Notes under the pieces: generated by a model
Seen by the model: the letters and a program-made list of their open reading frames with translations, nothing else
Told to the model about the DNA's origin: nothing
Database searches by the model: none
In this document: positions 36,426 through 45,695 of the stretch, one piece after another
How positions within the stretch are numbered: the first letter of the stretch is position 1
Layout: each line of letters starts with the position of its first letter
Program-made: the position numbers and the translations under genes
Assembly (NCBI GenBank): GCA_002392765.1
Contig: DGHT01000036.1
Location: forward strand, 2,870-66,869
Source of the DNA: Verrucomicrobia bacterium UBA3841
Lineage (GTDB): Bacteria; Verrucomicrobiota; Kiritimatiellia; RFP12; UBA1067
DNA: 64,000 bases
Reading direction: 5' to 3'

Positions 36426-36452
36426 TCGCAACTTAAGGTGGGGACCGGAAAA

Positions 36453-37838
36453 ATGAAACGCATACAGGTAACGGCGCTTTGTGCTTTTGCGGCGGCGGTC
36501 GCGTTCGCGGACGCCAAGTACGAGGCGAATTGGAATTCGCTGAACACGCGGACGTGTCCGCAATGGTGGAAGGATGCCAAGTTCGGCATATTCGTACACT
36601 GGGGCGTGTATTCCGTTCCGGCGTTCGCGCCGCACGACACGAACAGCGTCTACGAGTGCTACGCCGAACACTACGCCAACCCAAAGCGTTGGGAAAAGGA
36701 GGACTCCGCGTTCCCCGCGTACCATGCAAAGCACCATCCCGGCAAGTCTTACGGAGATTTCGTGGCGGACTTCACGGCGGTGGACTTCGACCCCGCCGCA
36801 TGGGCCGCTCTCTTCCGCCGCTCTGGCGCTAAGTACGTGGTGCTCACGTCGAAGCACCATGACGGATTCGCTCTATGGCCGTCCGCGTATTCGCCGTACT
36901 TCAACGCGGGGATGACCGGGCCGAAGCGGGACCTCTGCGGCGAATTGACGGAGGCCGTGCGGGCGGCGGGGCTCCACATGGGCTTCTACTATTCTCTTCT
37001 CGAATGGCGGCATCCGCTCTGCAACAAGAACGACATCGGCAAATTCGTCGAGCAGGTCAACCTTCCTCAGCTCAAGGAACTTGTCACGCGCTACAGTCCG
37101 GAAATCGTCTGGACGGACGGCGAGTGGGACTATCCGTGGGAGGTCTGGCGAGGTCCGGAATTCCTTTCGTGGCTCTACAACGAGTCGCCCGTCAAGGAAA
37201 CGGTCGTCGCCAACGACCGCTGGGGCGCCGGATTTCGCGGCAAGTGCGGAGACCACTACACGACCGAGTACGAGGACATTGCGCACGACGGAGAGGCGAG
37301 CGACTCGCATCCGTGGGAGGAGTGCCGCGGCATCGGGCTTTCGTTCGGCTACAACCGCTACGAGACTACGCAGCAGTATCTTTCGGACGAAGCCTGCATA
37401 GAGACGCTATGCGACAAGGTTTCGCGTGGCGGGAACCTTTTGCTGAACGTCGGGCCCACGGCTGAAGGGCTCATCCCCGTCATCATGGAAGAGCGCCTTC
37501 TCGCAATCGGCAAGTGGCTTGATGTCAACGGCGAGGCGATATACGGAACGGTCGCTTGGGAAAAGCGTCCCAAGGACATGAAGAAGAACCGCGTATATTT
37601 CACGAAGAAAGGCGACGTTCTCTACGCAATCGTCTTCGGTCCCGCCGAGAAGGTTTTCGTGCCGGGGGCAGGCGAGGTCGATTCCGTCACGCTCCTAGGC
37701 GGCGACCGCAAGATTGCCTGGACGCGGAACGGCGATGGCATAGAAATCGAAATGCCGCTCTTTCGCCAGGGCGCTGCACCCTGCGAGCACGCGCTCGTCT
37801 TCAAGCTGGCAAATATCAACGAGAGGAGAATAAAATGA
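36453..37838 (+). CDS. Alpha-L-fucosidase, GH29 (second copy)
   Basis: WWKDAKFGIFVHWGVYSVP, TSKHHDGFALWPS, GFYYSLLEW. Confidence 0.8.
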   Translation: MKRIQVTALCAFAAAVAFADAKYEANWNSLNTRTCPQWWKDAKFGIFVHWGVYSVPAFAPHDTNSVYECYAEHYANPKRWEKEDSAFPAYHAKHHPGKSYGDFVADFTAVDFDPAAWAALFRRSGAKYVVLTSKHHDGFALWPSAYSPYFNAGMTGPKRDLCGELTEAVRAAGLHMGFYYSLLEWRHPLCNKNDIGKFVEQVNLPQLKELVTRYSPEIVWTDGEWDYPWEVWRGPEFLSWLYNESPVKETVVANDRWGAGFRGKCGDHYTTEYEDIAHDGEASDSHPWEECRGIGLSFGYNRYETTQQYLSDEACIETLCDKVSRGGNLLLNVGPTAEGLIPVIMEERLLAIGKWLDVNGEAIYGTVAWEKRPKDMKKNRVYFTKKGDVLYAIVFGPAEKVFVPGAGEVDSVTLLGGDRKIAWTRNGDGIEIEMPLFRQGAAPCEHALVFKLANINERRIK

Positions 37839-39631
37839 GAAACTTGTGCGGATCAATACTCGCGGCGATGTTTGCGCTTTTGGCCGCAGCCAGACCTGTG
37901 CCGCGTCCGGCGATGCTGAATCCGGCAAAATTCGACGCAGACGACGTCCAGGCGCTCAGGGACTTCGGCGAATTGCGCAAGGCGTCCGCGGCTCGCGAAT
38001 ATTTCGTCTCGCCGTCCGGCGACGATGCGGCGGACGGCTCGGCCTCGCATCCGTGGCGCACAATCAGCCATGCTGCGGCGGTCGCAGAATCGGGCGATAC
38101 AGTGACAATCCACGCAGGCGTTTACCGCGAGTGGGTGAAGCCCGCAAATGCCGGTTCCGAAGGTGCGCCGATCACCTACCGTGCCGCAAAGGGCGAGCGC
38201 GTCGTCGTGACGGGCGCCGACGAAGTGCGCGGCTGGACGAAGCGTCCCGACGGACTATGGGAGGCGCACGTTTCCTATGATTCCTTCGGCGGCGTCAATC
38301 CCTTCACGGACTTCATCGAGGGCTCCTGGTTTCTGCCGAAGGACTTGAACCACTTCCGCACGCGTCTCATCCAGTGCGGAAAGCCGCTGAACCTCGTCGG
38401 CGAGGAGATTCTTGCGCCGCCGGACCACGGCGTTCCGCATCTTGAGCGAGGGACTGCCGCGCTGATCCCAGGCCGCGTTTCGGGGATGATCGTCGCTGCT
38501 TTCGAGCACGATCCAAACGTGGAAGTGCCGGAACTTGTCGTGCGGCCCTGCTGCTTCTACCCGACCACGACGCGCCGCGACTATATCGCGCTCAGGGGAA
38601 TCGCGTTCCGCGACGCCGCGCCGACATGGGCGCATCCGCGCGGCGAACAGCCCGGTGTCGTCGGCACTAACTGGAGCCGCGGATGGACTATCGAGGATTG
38701 CGAAATCTCTGGCTCGTGCTGCGCGGGGCTTACGCTCGGCAAGTGCGCCAACGATTTCGACTCGTTCTGGAACGATCCGAAGCAGAGCTTTTCGCTTTGG
38801 GGCAAGCGCCTTTCGGAGCGCGACCTTTCGGAAATAGGCCACCACACGGTCCGTCGCTGCCGCATCTCCGATTGCGGACAGGCCGGCATCTGCGGCGGTT
38901 TCGGCGCGGTCTGGTCGACCATCGAGGAATGCGACATCTCCAATTGCTTCAAGGGGAAAAAGTTCTTCGGATACGAGATGGCCGGAATCAAGATACACGC
39001 GGCGGTCGGCATGACAATCCGCCGCAACCGCATCCACGACAACGGATGCTTCGCCGTATGGCTCGACTGGATGGCGCAGGGGACGCGGCTTTCCGGAAAC
39101 GTTTTCTGGAACAACGACCAGCACGACCTCTACCTCGAAGTCGTCCACGGGCCGAACCTCCTCGAAGGAAACGATTTCCTCTCCGAGAAGGCCATCCACT
39201 TCAAGGGCTCCAACAACATCGCACTTGTCGGCAACCGCATCTTCGGCTCGCTCGCGTGCGATGACGACGCGAGTCTGGGCTATCGGAAGACGCCTGTCTT
39301 TCATCCGCACTCGACGCGTATCAAGGAACTATACGCCGACCCAACGCCCGCGAACCTCGCATTCATCAACAACATTCTTCCGGAAGAACCGCATTTCTCC
39401 GATCTCGCGAGCAATCCGTGCAGGTGTGAAGACAACTTCCTCGTCCCGCGCGAATACTGGCTGATCGATGCGGCAACAGGCGATGTCGGCATCAGTCCGC
39501 CGCCATCCTTGCCGCGTCCGGACTTCAAGCCCGTCGGCGCCGGACGCCTCGGCGCCGGCCTTGTCTCGGGCGAGGACTTTCCACAGCCGTCGCCTGAATA
39601 TTCAACGCCGAAGAGAGAAATGAAGCTATGA
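37835..39631 (+). CDS. Right-handed parallel beta-helix (pectate-lyase fold) enzyme
   Basis: N-terminal YFVSPSGDDAADGSASHPWRTISHAAAVAESGDTVTIHAGVY cap. PbH1-like repeats (ISGSCCAGLTL, ISDCGQAGICGG, IRRNRIHDNGCF, GNVFWNN). Confidence 0.65.
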   Translation: MRNLCGSILAAMFALLAAARPVPRPAMLNPAKFDADDVQALRDFGELRKASAAREYFVSPSGDDAADGSASHPWRTISHAAAVAESGDTVTIHAGVYREWVKPANAGSEGAPITYRAAKGERVVVTGADEVRGWTKRPDGLWEAHVSYDSFGGVNPFTDFIEGSWFLPKDLNHFRTRLIQCGKPLNLVGEEILAPPDHGVPHLERGTAALIPGRVSGMIVAAFEHDPNVEVPELVVRPCCFYPTTTRRDYIALRGIAFRDAAPTWAHPRGEQPGVVGTNWSRGWTIEDCEISGSCCAGLTLGKCANDFDSFWNDPKQSFSLWGKRLSERDLSEIGHHTVRRCRISDCGQAGICGGFGAVWSTIEECDISNCFKGKKFFGYEMAGIKIHAAVGMTIRRNRIHDNGCFAVWLDWMAQGTRLSGNVFWNNDQHDLYLEVVHGPNLLEGNDFLSEKAIHFKGSNNIALVGNRIFGSLACDDDASLGYRKTPVFHPHSTRIKELYADPTPANLAFINNILPEEPHFSDLASNPCRCEDNFLVPREYWLIDAATGDVGISPPPSLPRPDFKPVGAGRLGAGLVSGEDFPQPSPEYSTPKREMKL

Positions 39632-41139
39632 AATTGGTATTGGCAACACTGGCAACACTGGCAACATTCGCCGCGACAGCGGCGGAGACTTTCTGCAATC
39701 CCATGCCGATTCCGGACACGCCCGTCGGCATACTCTGCCGCGACAGCTTGAACGGCGACGCGATTCCCGAAATCGCATGGCAGAAAGATTGCTGGACAAA
39801 TGCCGCCTGCGGTTTCAAGGAGGTGCGCCAGTTCCGCGAGCTTGCCGATCCGGTCGTTCTCGCCGAGGGCGACACATGGTATCTCTATTCGAGCGCGGGG
39901 CTTATGTGGACCAGCGACGACTTCGGCGGCACATGGCGGCATGTGGGCGTGCAGGCCGAAGCCGACTATGCGCCCGCAGTCGCCAAGTTCCGCGGCAAGT
40001 ACTACCTTTGCACATCAGGCGGACCGCTGAGCGTGGCCGATTCGCCCACGGGTCCGTTCCGGACGCTTGGCGCGTTCGACAAGAAGTCGTTCTCGTCCGA
40101 TTCGCAGATGCCGCACACCCTGGATCCGGCGCTTTTTGTCGATGGCGACCATCTCTATCTTTACTGGGGATGCTTCGCAAAGCCGAAGGCCGTCTGGTGC
40201 GTGGAGCTAGATCCGGAGAATCCGCTTCGCGCAAAGACGCCCGGCTCTGCCGTCTGCCTCGTCGAGTTCGACACGGAAAGATATCCGTGGCTCGACAGGC
40301 TGATCGAGGGCGCGTGGGTGTTCAAGCGCGACGGCACGTACTACCTCACGTATGCGACCTACGGAACGGAGGATTCGCGCTACTGCTGGTGCGCGATGAA
40401 AGGTTCGGGTCCGCTCGGGCCGTTCGTCCCGCAGAAGAACAATCCGTTCTTCATGACGGAGAAGGGTCTTGTCACAGGAACAGGCCACGGCTCTATCTGG
40501 TGCGATAAAAACGGAGACTGGTGGATCAACAGCTGCGTGTCTGTCGCAGCCTATCACGGCTTCGAGCGGCTGATCGCCCAGGATCGTCTCTTTTTCGAGC
40601 CGGACGGGGATATTGCCGTCGGCAAGGCTACCGAAACGCCGCAGTGGCTTCCGTCCAGCGGCAGGAAGGGCGGTACGGGATGGAAGGCGATACCGCTCAA
40701 GTCCGACAGAAGCGCGGCGACCGACATGAGCATCAAGACGTGGTCGACGGTCGAGAGTCTGCCGTCGAAGACCGTTTTTGAGTTCCCCGGAGAGAAGACG
40801 ATCCGAGCGTTCCGCGTCATCTGGCGCGACATCGGGCTCGACACGAATCGCGGCATCTTGCCGGGGCCGTATCGCTACCGCGTGGACTATCGCTCGAACG
40901 GTGTCTGGTGGACTTGGCTCGACGCCTCCAAGAACGACGTAGATCTCATGGTGGACTACCGCGAGGCGCCGGAGGCGGTTGCCGACGCGGTTCGACTTGT
41001 CGTCCTCTCCGCCCCGCCTGGCATCACTCCAGGGCTCGTGGAGTTTACGGTCTTTGGCTGTATGTTGGGGGAATTGGGAAGAGGTTCCCCATTCCCCGTT
41101 CCCCTTTCCCAGTTCCCCATAAAAGGAGACCAACCATGA
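39628..41139 (+). CDS. GH43 five-bladed beta-propeller glycosidase with a C-terminal beta-sandwich domain
   Basis: ADPVVLAEGDTWYLYSS (catalytic base Asp), LDPALFVDGDHLYLYWG, IEGAWVFKRDGTYYLTYA (acid Glu). The last ~25 aa (GELGRGSPFPVPLSQFP) are encoded by a gggaa/ccccgttcccc repeat. Confidence 0.75.
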   Translation: MKLVLATLATLATFAATAAETFCNPMPIPDTPVGILCRDSLNGDAIPEIAWQKDCWTNAACGFKEVRQFRELADPVVLAEGDTWYLYSSAGLMWTSDDFGGTWRHVGVQAEADYAPAVAKFRGKYYLCTSGGPLSVADSPTGPFRTLGAFDKKSFSSDSQMPHTLDPALFVDGDHLYLYWGCFAKPKAVWCVELDPENPLRAKTPGSAVCLVEFDTERYPWLDRLIEGAWVFKRDGTYYLTYATYGTEDSRYCWCAMKGSGPLGPFVPQKNNPFFMTEKGLVTGTGHGSIWCDKNGDWWINSCVSVAAYHGFERLIAQDRLFFEPDGDIAVGKATETPQWLPSSGRKGGTGWKAIPLKSDRSAATDMSIKTWSTVESLPSKTVFEFPGEKTIRAFRVIWRDIGLDTNRGILPGPYRYRVDYRSNGVWWTWLDASKNDVDLMVDYREAPEAVADAVRLVVLSAPPGITPGLVEFTVFGCMLGELGRGSPFPVPLSQFPIKGDQP

Positions 41140-44100
41140 ACAAAGCAATCGCATCTCTCGTCTGCATCGGCGCCGTGTGCACTGCGCTGGCGGATTGGAC
41201 GCTCGAGCGTAGCGCGGCTAAGGACGGGCTTTTGATGACGGACGGCATCAAGCCCGGGTCGTATTATGTGAGGCTTGAAGGATTTTCGGGTGACGACGCG
41301 ACCACCCGCGCCAAGGTGTGGCACGAGGGCCGGCGTATCGAGTTCGTGCGCGGCGGGCCGTGGATGGACGACAACGGCAAAGAGCTGATGACGCTCGAGT
41401 CGCGTCCGGTGGAAGTCAAACCGGGCGAGGCGTTCCGTGTCGACAAACAGACTCCGTGGACGCGGATCGTCCTCGCCGAAAAGCCGCTCGACTACGCGCC
41501 GCAGCGCGTATTCACGAACATGGCGCTCGACCCGGAAGTCGCTTTCGCCGCGGAGGCAGATTTCGGCGTGTCGAACGTGGCCGTGACGCTCAACAGCTAT
41601 CTTGGTTCGGCGGTCAAAGGACGGCTCCGAGTGAAGGTGACGGACTACTACGGCAAGACGCTCGCAGAAACGGATCGCAGGGACGTCGAGCTGGGAAGGA
41701 CGCTTAAACTCGATGTCCCCTACGAGGACAACGGCTCGGGGCAGTTTCGCGCGGCGGTCGGCTTCACGGACGGATCCGGACGCAAGGTCTATCGCGTCTT
41801 CGCGCGGCTTGCGGACGCAAAGTCGCCGCACCGCGAGCTTCTGAGGATGAACGAGGGATGGACGCGCGTCTCGGGCAAGAAGGCCGTGATGCCCGCCGAG
41901 GTAAAGGACGGCGCGGAGAAGTTCAGCGGCACTTTCGCGGTTCCGGCCTCGTTCGCCGGAAAGCGCATATTCTTCAAGGCGCTCAGGATTTCGTGCGTTG
42001 CGAAGCTTTACGTCAACGGCGCGGAGGCGGCGACGTTCGGCGAGGACGGCAATTTCGCGGGCGATATGGAGGCGGACGTGACGCAATTCGTCAAACCGGG
42101 CGAGACAAACGAATTCGTCATCGACGCGAAGCGCGCGGACGAAGAGAAGTATCCCAGCGGAATGCCGGGACGCCTCTCGGCGGTTTCCGAACTTGCGCTG
42201 GAGGCGCGCGGCGAAAACGCAATCGGCCGTGTTTCGGTCGTGACGTCGTTCCGCGAAAAGACGATTCGCGTCAAGGCGGAGCATCCGGCTGGCTTTACCG
42301 TGCGAAACTCCGTATGGCGCGGAGACGAGAAGCTTCTTTCCTTCGCGGACGAATCCAAGTGGGAGAATCCGCCGCTTTGGGGCCCCATCAACTTTCCTCT
42401 CCTCAAGCTCGTCACTGAACTTGTCGATGCCAAGGGGAATGTCGTGGACGAGAAGCTGACGCGTTTCGCGTTCCGCGAGTTCTGGCCGGACGGCATGGCG
42501 CTCATGTGGAACGGCCACCGCGTGAAGGGTGAAGCGCGGGCGTTCATCAGCACGTGGGGGTGGTGGGACTTCGACAGGCGCTGCAAGCGCCAGTTCAACT
42601 GCGACATCCTATGGGAAGGCAAGCTGCGAGGCATCAAGTTTCTGCGGCACGTCTACAACTCGTCGGAGTTTCTTGATTTCTGCGACGAGGCGGGGATTCC
42701 CTGCGCCGTAGGTTTCGCGACGATCGCGAATCCATCTCCCGAAAAGAGCGCGAACAAGGAGTTCTGGGCGTGGAAGGAGTACAACGACCGCTGCCTCGCC
42801 GCGACCCTGCGCAACCATCCGTCTGTCATGACGTGGTATATCACGAACGAATACTACGCCGAGAGCGAAGACCGCAATCTGGGGCCAGTCCAGTCCGCGC
42901 TGAGGAACATCCGCGCGTTCGATCCGTTCCACTTCGCCGAAACGGGCTGCGACCTCGATCTGCGCGGCGAGAACAACATAATCTCGACGCACTATCCCGT
43001 CGAGCTGCTCTCCTTGCGCAAGGCCGGGTGCTACATGCCGTATTCGTTCTACTGGCGCGATATCGAAAAGCCTTTCGTGAAAGGGCAGGCGATTCCCTCC
43101 GGGCAGATCCTGAAGGTCTGCAACATCTACGCCGATTCGCCGGCCAAGTGGGGCGAGAAGCCGATTTTCATCAACGAGACGTGCTGGGACTTCTTCTTCA
43201 ATCCGCCGTTCGGATGGACGCGCCTTGCGGGCGACGAGGTTTTCAACGATCCAAGATACTGCGACAAGTGGCACATCGAGACGGAAGTCGAGGCGGTGCG
43301 CGGGCATCGCGATGCAGACGTGACGCTCTGGACGCCGTGGCGCTGGTACCACATCGACCCCGAGTGGCGCGTTTCGCCGGAGATTGACGTCGTGAATATC
43401 CAGCGCTATTCGCGCTTTTACGAGGGGACGGAGGTCAAGTACGACGTCAACGTGTTCTACGACAGGTGGCGTCCCGCGACTGTGACGTGGTTCTGGCGGC
43501 TTGAAGACTCGGAAGGCAAGACGGTTGTCTCGTCCAAGGATGAGCGGATAGACGTTGACACGTCCGCGTTTATCAGAAAGCAGATTTCCTTCAAGGCGCC
43601 AAAGCCTGGTGAATACACGCTTGTCTTCGGGTTGAAGGGAGTCTGCGAGAAGACGCTTGACATTGTGTCTAGTTCGCGGTTTATGTCTCACGCAAAGCTC
43701 GCAAAGGGCGCAAAGTCGTCTGGCGAAGATGAACTTCGCGGGCTTGGCGAACTTGGCGTGAGAAAATATGCCAATGTATTCGGAGTGCGCGACGTCCTTT
43801 CCGAGCGGCTGCTTGACCGCGCGGCGGCAGGCGAGACCATCGTCATCCTCGCGCGGGACGACTACCCGGAGTGGCTGCCGGAGATACCGTCCGTATCCGA
43901 CCAGTCCGCAGCGATCCTGCGCACGTACAGAACGCGCCATCCGATACTGAAAGGGTTCAAGAAAGACGACCTCAAGTATTTCTATCCGAAATCGATCGCA
44001 TGCGACAGGGCGTTTGCGAAGCCTTCGGGCGGCAACGCGAAGACTGTTCTCGAATTCGGCGGCGCGTCGGGGCTAGTCTATTCCGCGCTTGTCGAAGTGC

Positions 44101-45695
44101 CTTACGGGAAAGGATGCTTCCTCTATTCGCGCCTCGTGCTTGAACCGGATATAAACCCAGTCGCCGCGAAACTTTTGGAGAACATGGCCGCCTACAAGAG
44201 CGCGAAAGAGCCTGGCAGGGCGTTGTTCCTGACGGCGCGTGGGGACACGCGCCCTCCCGTAGCGGAGGCGCTTGTGAAAAACTGCGGCGTGGAACTGGAT
44301 TTCGGCGGCATTGCAGACATCGGCAAATACAGCGCCATATTCGTGGACGGCAAGGCGTCGCTTTCCAAGGACGACCTCAAGGCCCTTGCGGCGTCCGGAA
44401 AGAATGTCATCGTGTTCGGAGCCTGCGAGGCGGCCGGAATGAAGACGCGTTCAGTCGGCGCGAAGTCGTGGAGCGGACGCGCGGTGCGCATATCGAGCGA
44501 CCCGATCCTCGACGGACTCACCAATCAAGATATGATGTGGCGTAAGAAGTTCTCCGACGAGAAGACCGCTTTCGCGGAACTGGCAGCTGATGAGTTCGTC
44601 GCCGAGAAGGGCGTGCTGACATATCCGGCATATATCGTCCGGCGCGGCAACATCGTGTTCACGACACTCGACCCGTCCGTCAACGCGAAGGACGCTTCGA
44701 AGCAGGCATCGCGTCTCTGGGCGACGATTCTCGGGAACGCCGGCGTTAGGGTGAAGGGCTTTTCGCGTCCGTTCATCCCGAAAAACCTCTTTTACGATCA
44801 AGTGGATCTGTCGCCGTATCTAGATCGTACTCTCGCGGACGAAAAGGGGAGTGACGGCAAGGGTTCGTGGAACGACCAGGGACCCGAGCAGAGTCTGCCT
44901 CAGATTTTTGCGGGCGAGCGCGGCTGGGTAGGTTCGGTTCCGTATGATGTGAAGATGGCGGGTCCCTGCGCGTTCACGCTGAAGAGCGAATTCTGCAAGG
45001 CGGGCAAGGACAATGTAACGGTTGAAATCGGACGCAAGTTCGACACTCTCAACTGGCTCTCGACCGGCGCATGGGTCGGGAAGGGCAAGCGCGACTATAC
45101 CGTGCGCGTCAATTATGCGGACGGAACCTCGCGGCAGATTGAAGTGTCCGGCGGCGTGAACTTGTTCGACTGGGTTTCTGAAATGCCTGATTTCTCCGGC
45201 GAGACGGATACAGTCACCGCGCTGCGAACCTTGACTGCCAAGTCGGGGTTGTTCGCGAAGATGAACGTCTATTCGACAAGCTGGGTCAATCCGGATCCGG
45301 AGAAGATCGTCAATACGGTAGAATTCCTGCGCGGCGAGAAGAACTGCGCCGTAGTTGGCGTCTTCGGCCTGACGCTGGGTGCGCGCGAGACGGCGTATTC
45401 CGCCCTGTCTCAGGAAGAACGCGGCAGACTCCACGAGCGGTTCGTCGCCGAGGCTATGGCTGCGAAGGAGGCGGGCGATAGAGTCAAGGCGATTGCTCTT
45501 TACGAAAAGGCCATTCGCGCAAAGCCCGTCGATCTCGGCATCTACCGCTCGATCGCCGCGCTCTACGAGGAGGCGGGGGATGCGGAAGCGGCGCTTGCGA
45601 CATGCCGGCGGTCGCTCGAAGCGGACTACAACCAGCCAGACCTTTGGGACGAGGAAAAGCGTCTTGAGGCGAAAGTGAAAGGAGCAGCGAAATGA
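41136..45695 (+). CDS. 1519-aa multidomain secreted protein: GH2-like (clan GH-A) N-terminal half plus a ~650-aa C-terminal extension with a terminal TPR-like segment
   Basis: Shine-Dalgarno AAAAGGAGACC. Signal peptide MNKAIASLVCIGAVCTALA. Sugar-binding jellyroll block KLYVNGAEAATFGEDGNFAGDMEADVTQFV. RNHPSVMTWYITNEYY (GH2 acid/base NE block). KPIFINETCW (nucleophile-like). Palindromic element B copy 3 is read through in frame at 43688-43761. Confidence 0.55.
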   Translation: MNKAIASLVCIGAVCTALADWTLERSAAKDGLLMTDGIKPGSYYVRLEGFSGDDATTRAKVWHEGRRIEFVRGGPWMDDNGKELMTLESRPVEVKPGEAFRVDKQTPWTRIVLAEKPLDYAPQRVFTNMALDPEVAFAAEADFGVSNVAVTLNSYLGSAVKGRLRVKVTDYYGKTLAETDRRDVELGRTLKLDVPYEDNGSGQFRAAVGFTDGSGRKVYRVFARLADAKSPHRELLRMNEGWTRVSGKKAVMPAEVKDGAEKFSGTFAVPASFAGKRIFFKALRISCVAKLYVNGAEAATFGEDGNFAGDMEADVTQFVKPGETNEFVIDAKRADEEKYPSGMPGRLSAVSELALEARGENAIGRVSVVTSFREKTIRVKAEHPAGFTVRNSVWRGDEKLLSFADESKWENPPLWGPINFPLLKLVTELVDAKGNVVDEKLTRFAFREFWPDGMALMWNGHRVKGEARAFISTWGWWDFDRRCKRQFNCDILWEGKLRGIKFLRHVYNSSEFLDFCDEAGIPCAVGFATIANPSPEKSANKEFWAWKEYNDRCLAATLRNHPSVMTWYITNEYYAESEDRNLGPVQSALRNIRAFDPFHFAETGCDLDLRGENNIISTHYPVELLSLRKAGCYMPYSFYWRDIEKPFVKGQAIPSGQILKVCNIYADSPAKWGEKPIFINETCWDFFFNPPFGWTRLAGDEVFNDPRYCDKWHIETEVEAVRGHRDADVTLWTPWRWYHIDPEWRVSPEIDVVNIQRYSRFYEGTEVKYDVNVFYDRWRPATVTWFWRLEDSEGKTVVSSKDERIDVDTSAFIRKQISFKAPKPGEYTLVFGLKGVCEKTLDIVSSSRFMSHAKLAKGAKSSGEDELRGLGELGVRKYANVFGVRDVLSERLLDRAAAGETIVILARDDYPEWLPEIPSVSDQSAAILRTYRTRHPILKGFKKDDLKYFYPKSIACDRAFAKPSGGNAKTVLEFGGASGLVYSALVEVPYGKGCFLYSRLVLEPDINPVAAKLLENMAAYKSAKEPGRALFLTARGDTRPPVAEALVKNCGVELDFGGIADIGKYSAIFVDGKASLSKDDLKALAASGKNVIVFGACEAAGMKTRSVGAKSWSGRAVRISSDPILDGLTNQDMMWRKKFSDEKTAFAELAADEFVAEKGVLTYPAYIVRRGNIVFTTLDPSVNAKDASKQASRLWATILGNAGVRVKGFSRPFIPKNLFYDQVDLSPYLDRTLADEKGSDGKGSWNDQGPEQSLPQIFAGERGWVGSVPYDVKMAGPCAFTLKSEFCKAGKDNVTVEIGRKFDTLNWLSTGAWVGKGKRDYTVRVNYADGTSRQIEVSGGVNLFDWVSEMPDFSGETDTVTALRTLTAKSGLFAKMNVYSTSWVNPDPEKIVNTVEFLRGEKNCAVVGVFGLTLGARETAYSALSQEERGRLHERFVAEAMAAKEAGDRVKAIALYEKAIRAKPVDLGIYRSIAALYEEAGDAEAALATCRRSLEADYNQPDLWDEEKRLEAKVKGAAK
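43688..43761. repeat. Palindromic element B copy 3, inside the giant ORF, in frame
   Basis: tcacgcaaagctcgcaaagggcgcaaag ... acttcgcgggcttggcgaacttggcgtga, translated as SHAKLAKGAKSSGEDELRGLGELGVR. Confidence 0.65.

Noticed and set aside
40908-41135. Upstream extension of the 1595-aa ORF beginning at 40908
   Set aside because: It overlaps the 3' end of the GH43 gene. The ATG at 41136 has a strong AAAAGGAGACC Shine-Dalgarno, overlaps the GH43 stop (ATGA) and is followed immediately by a signal peptide.
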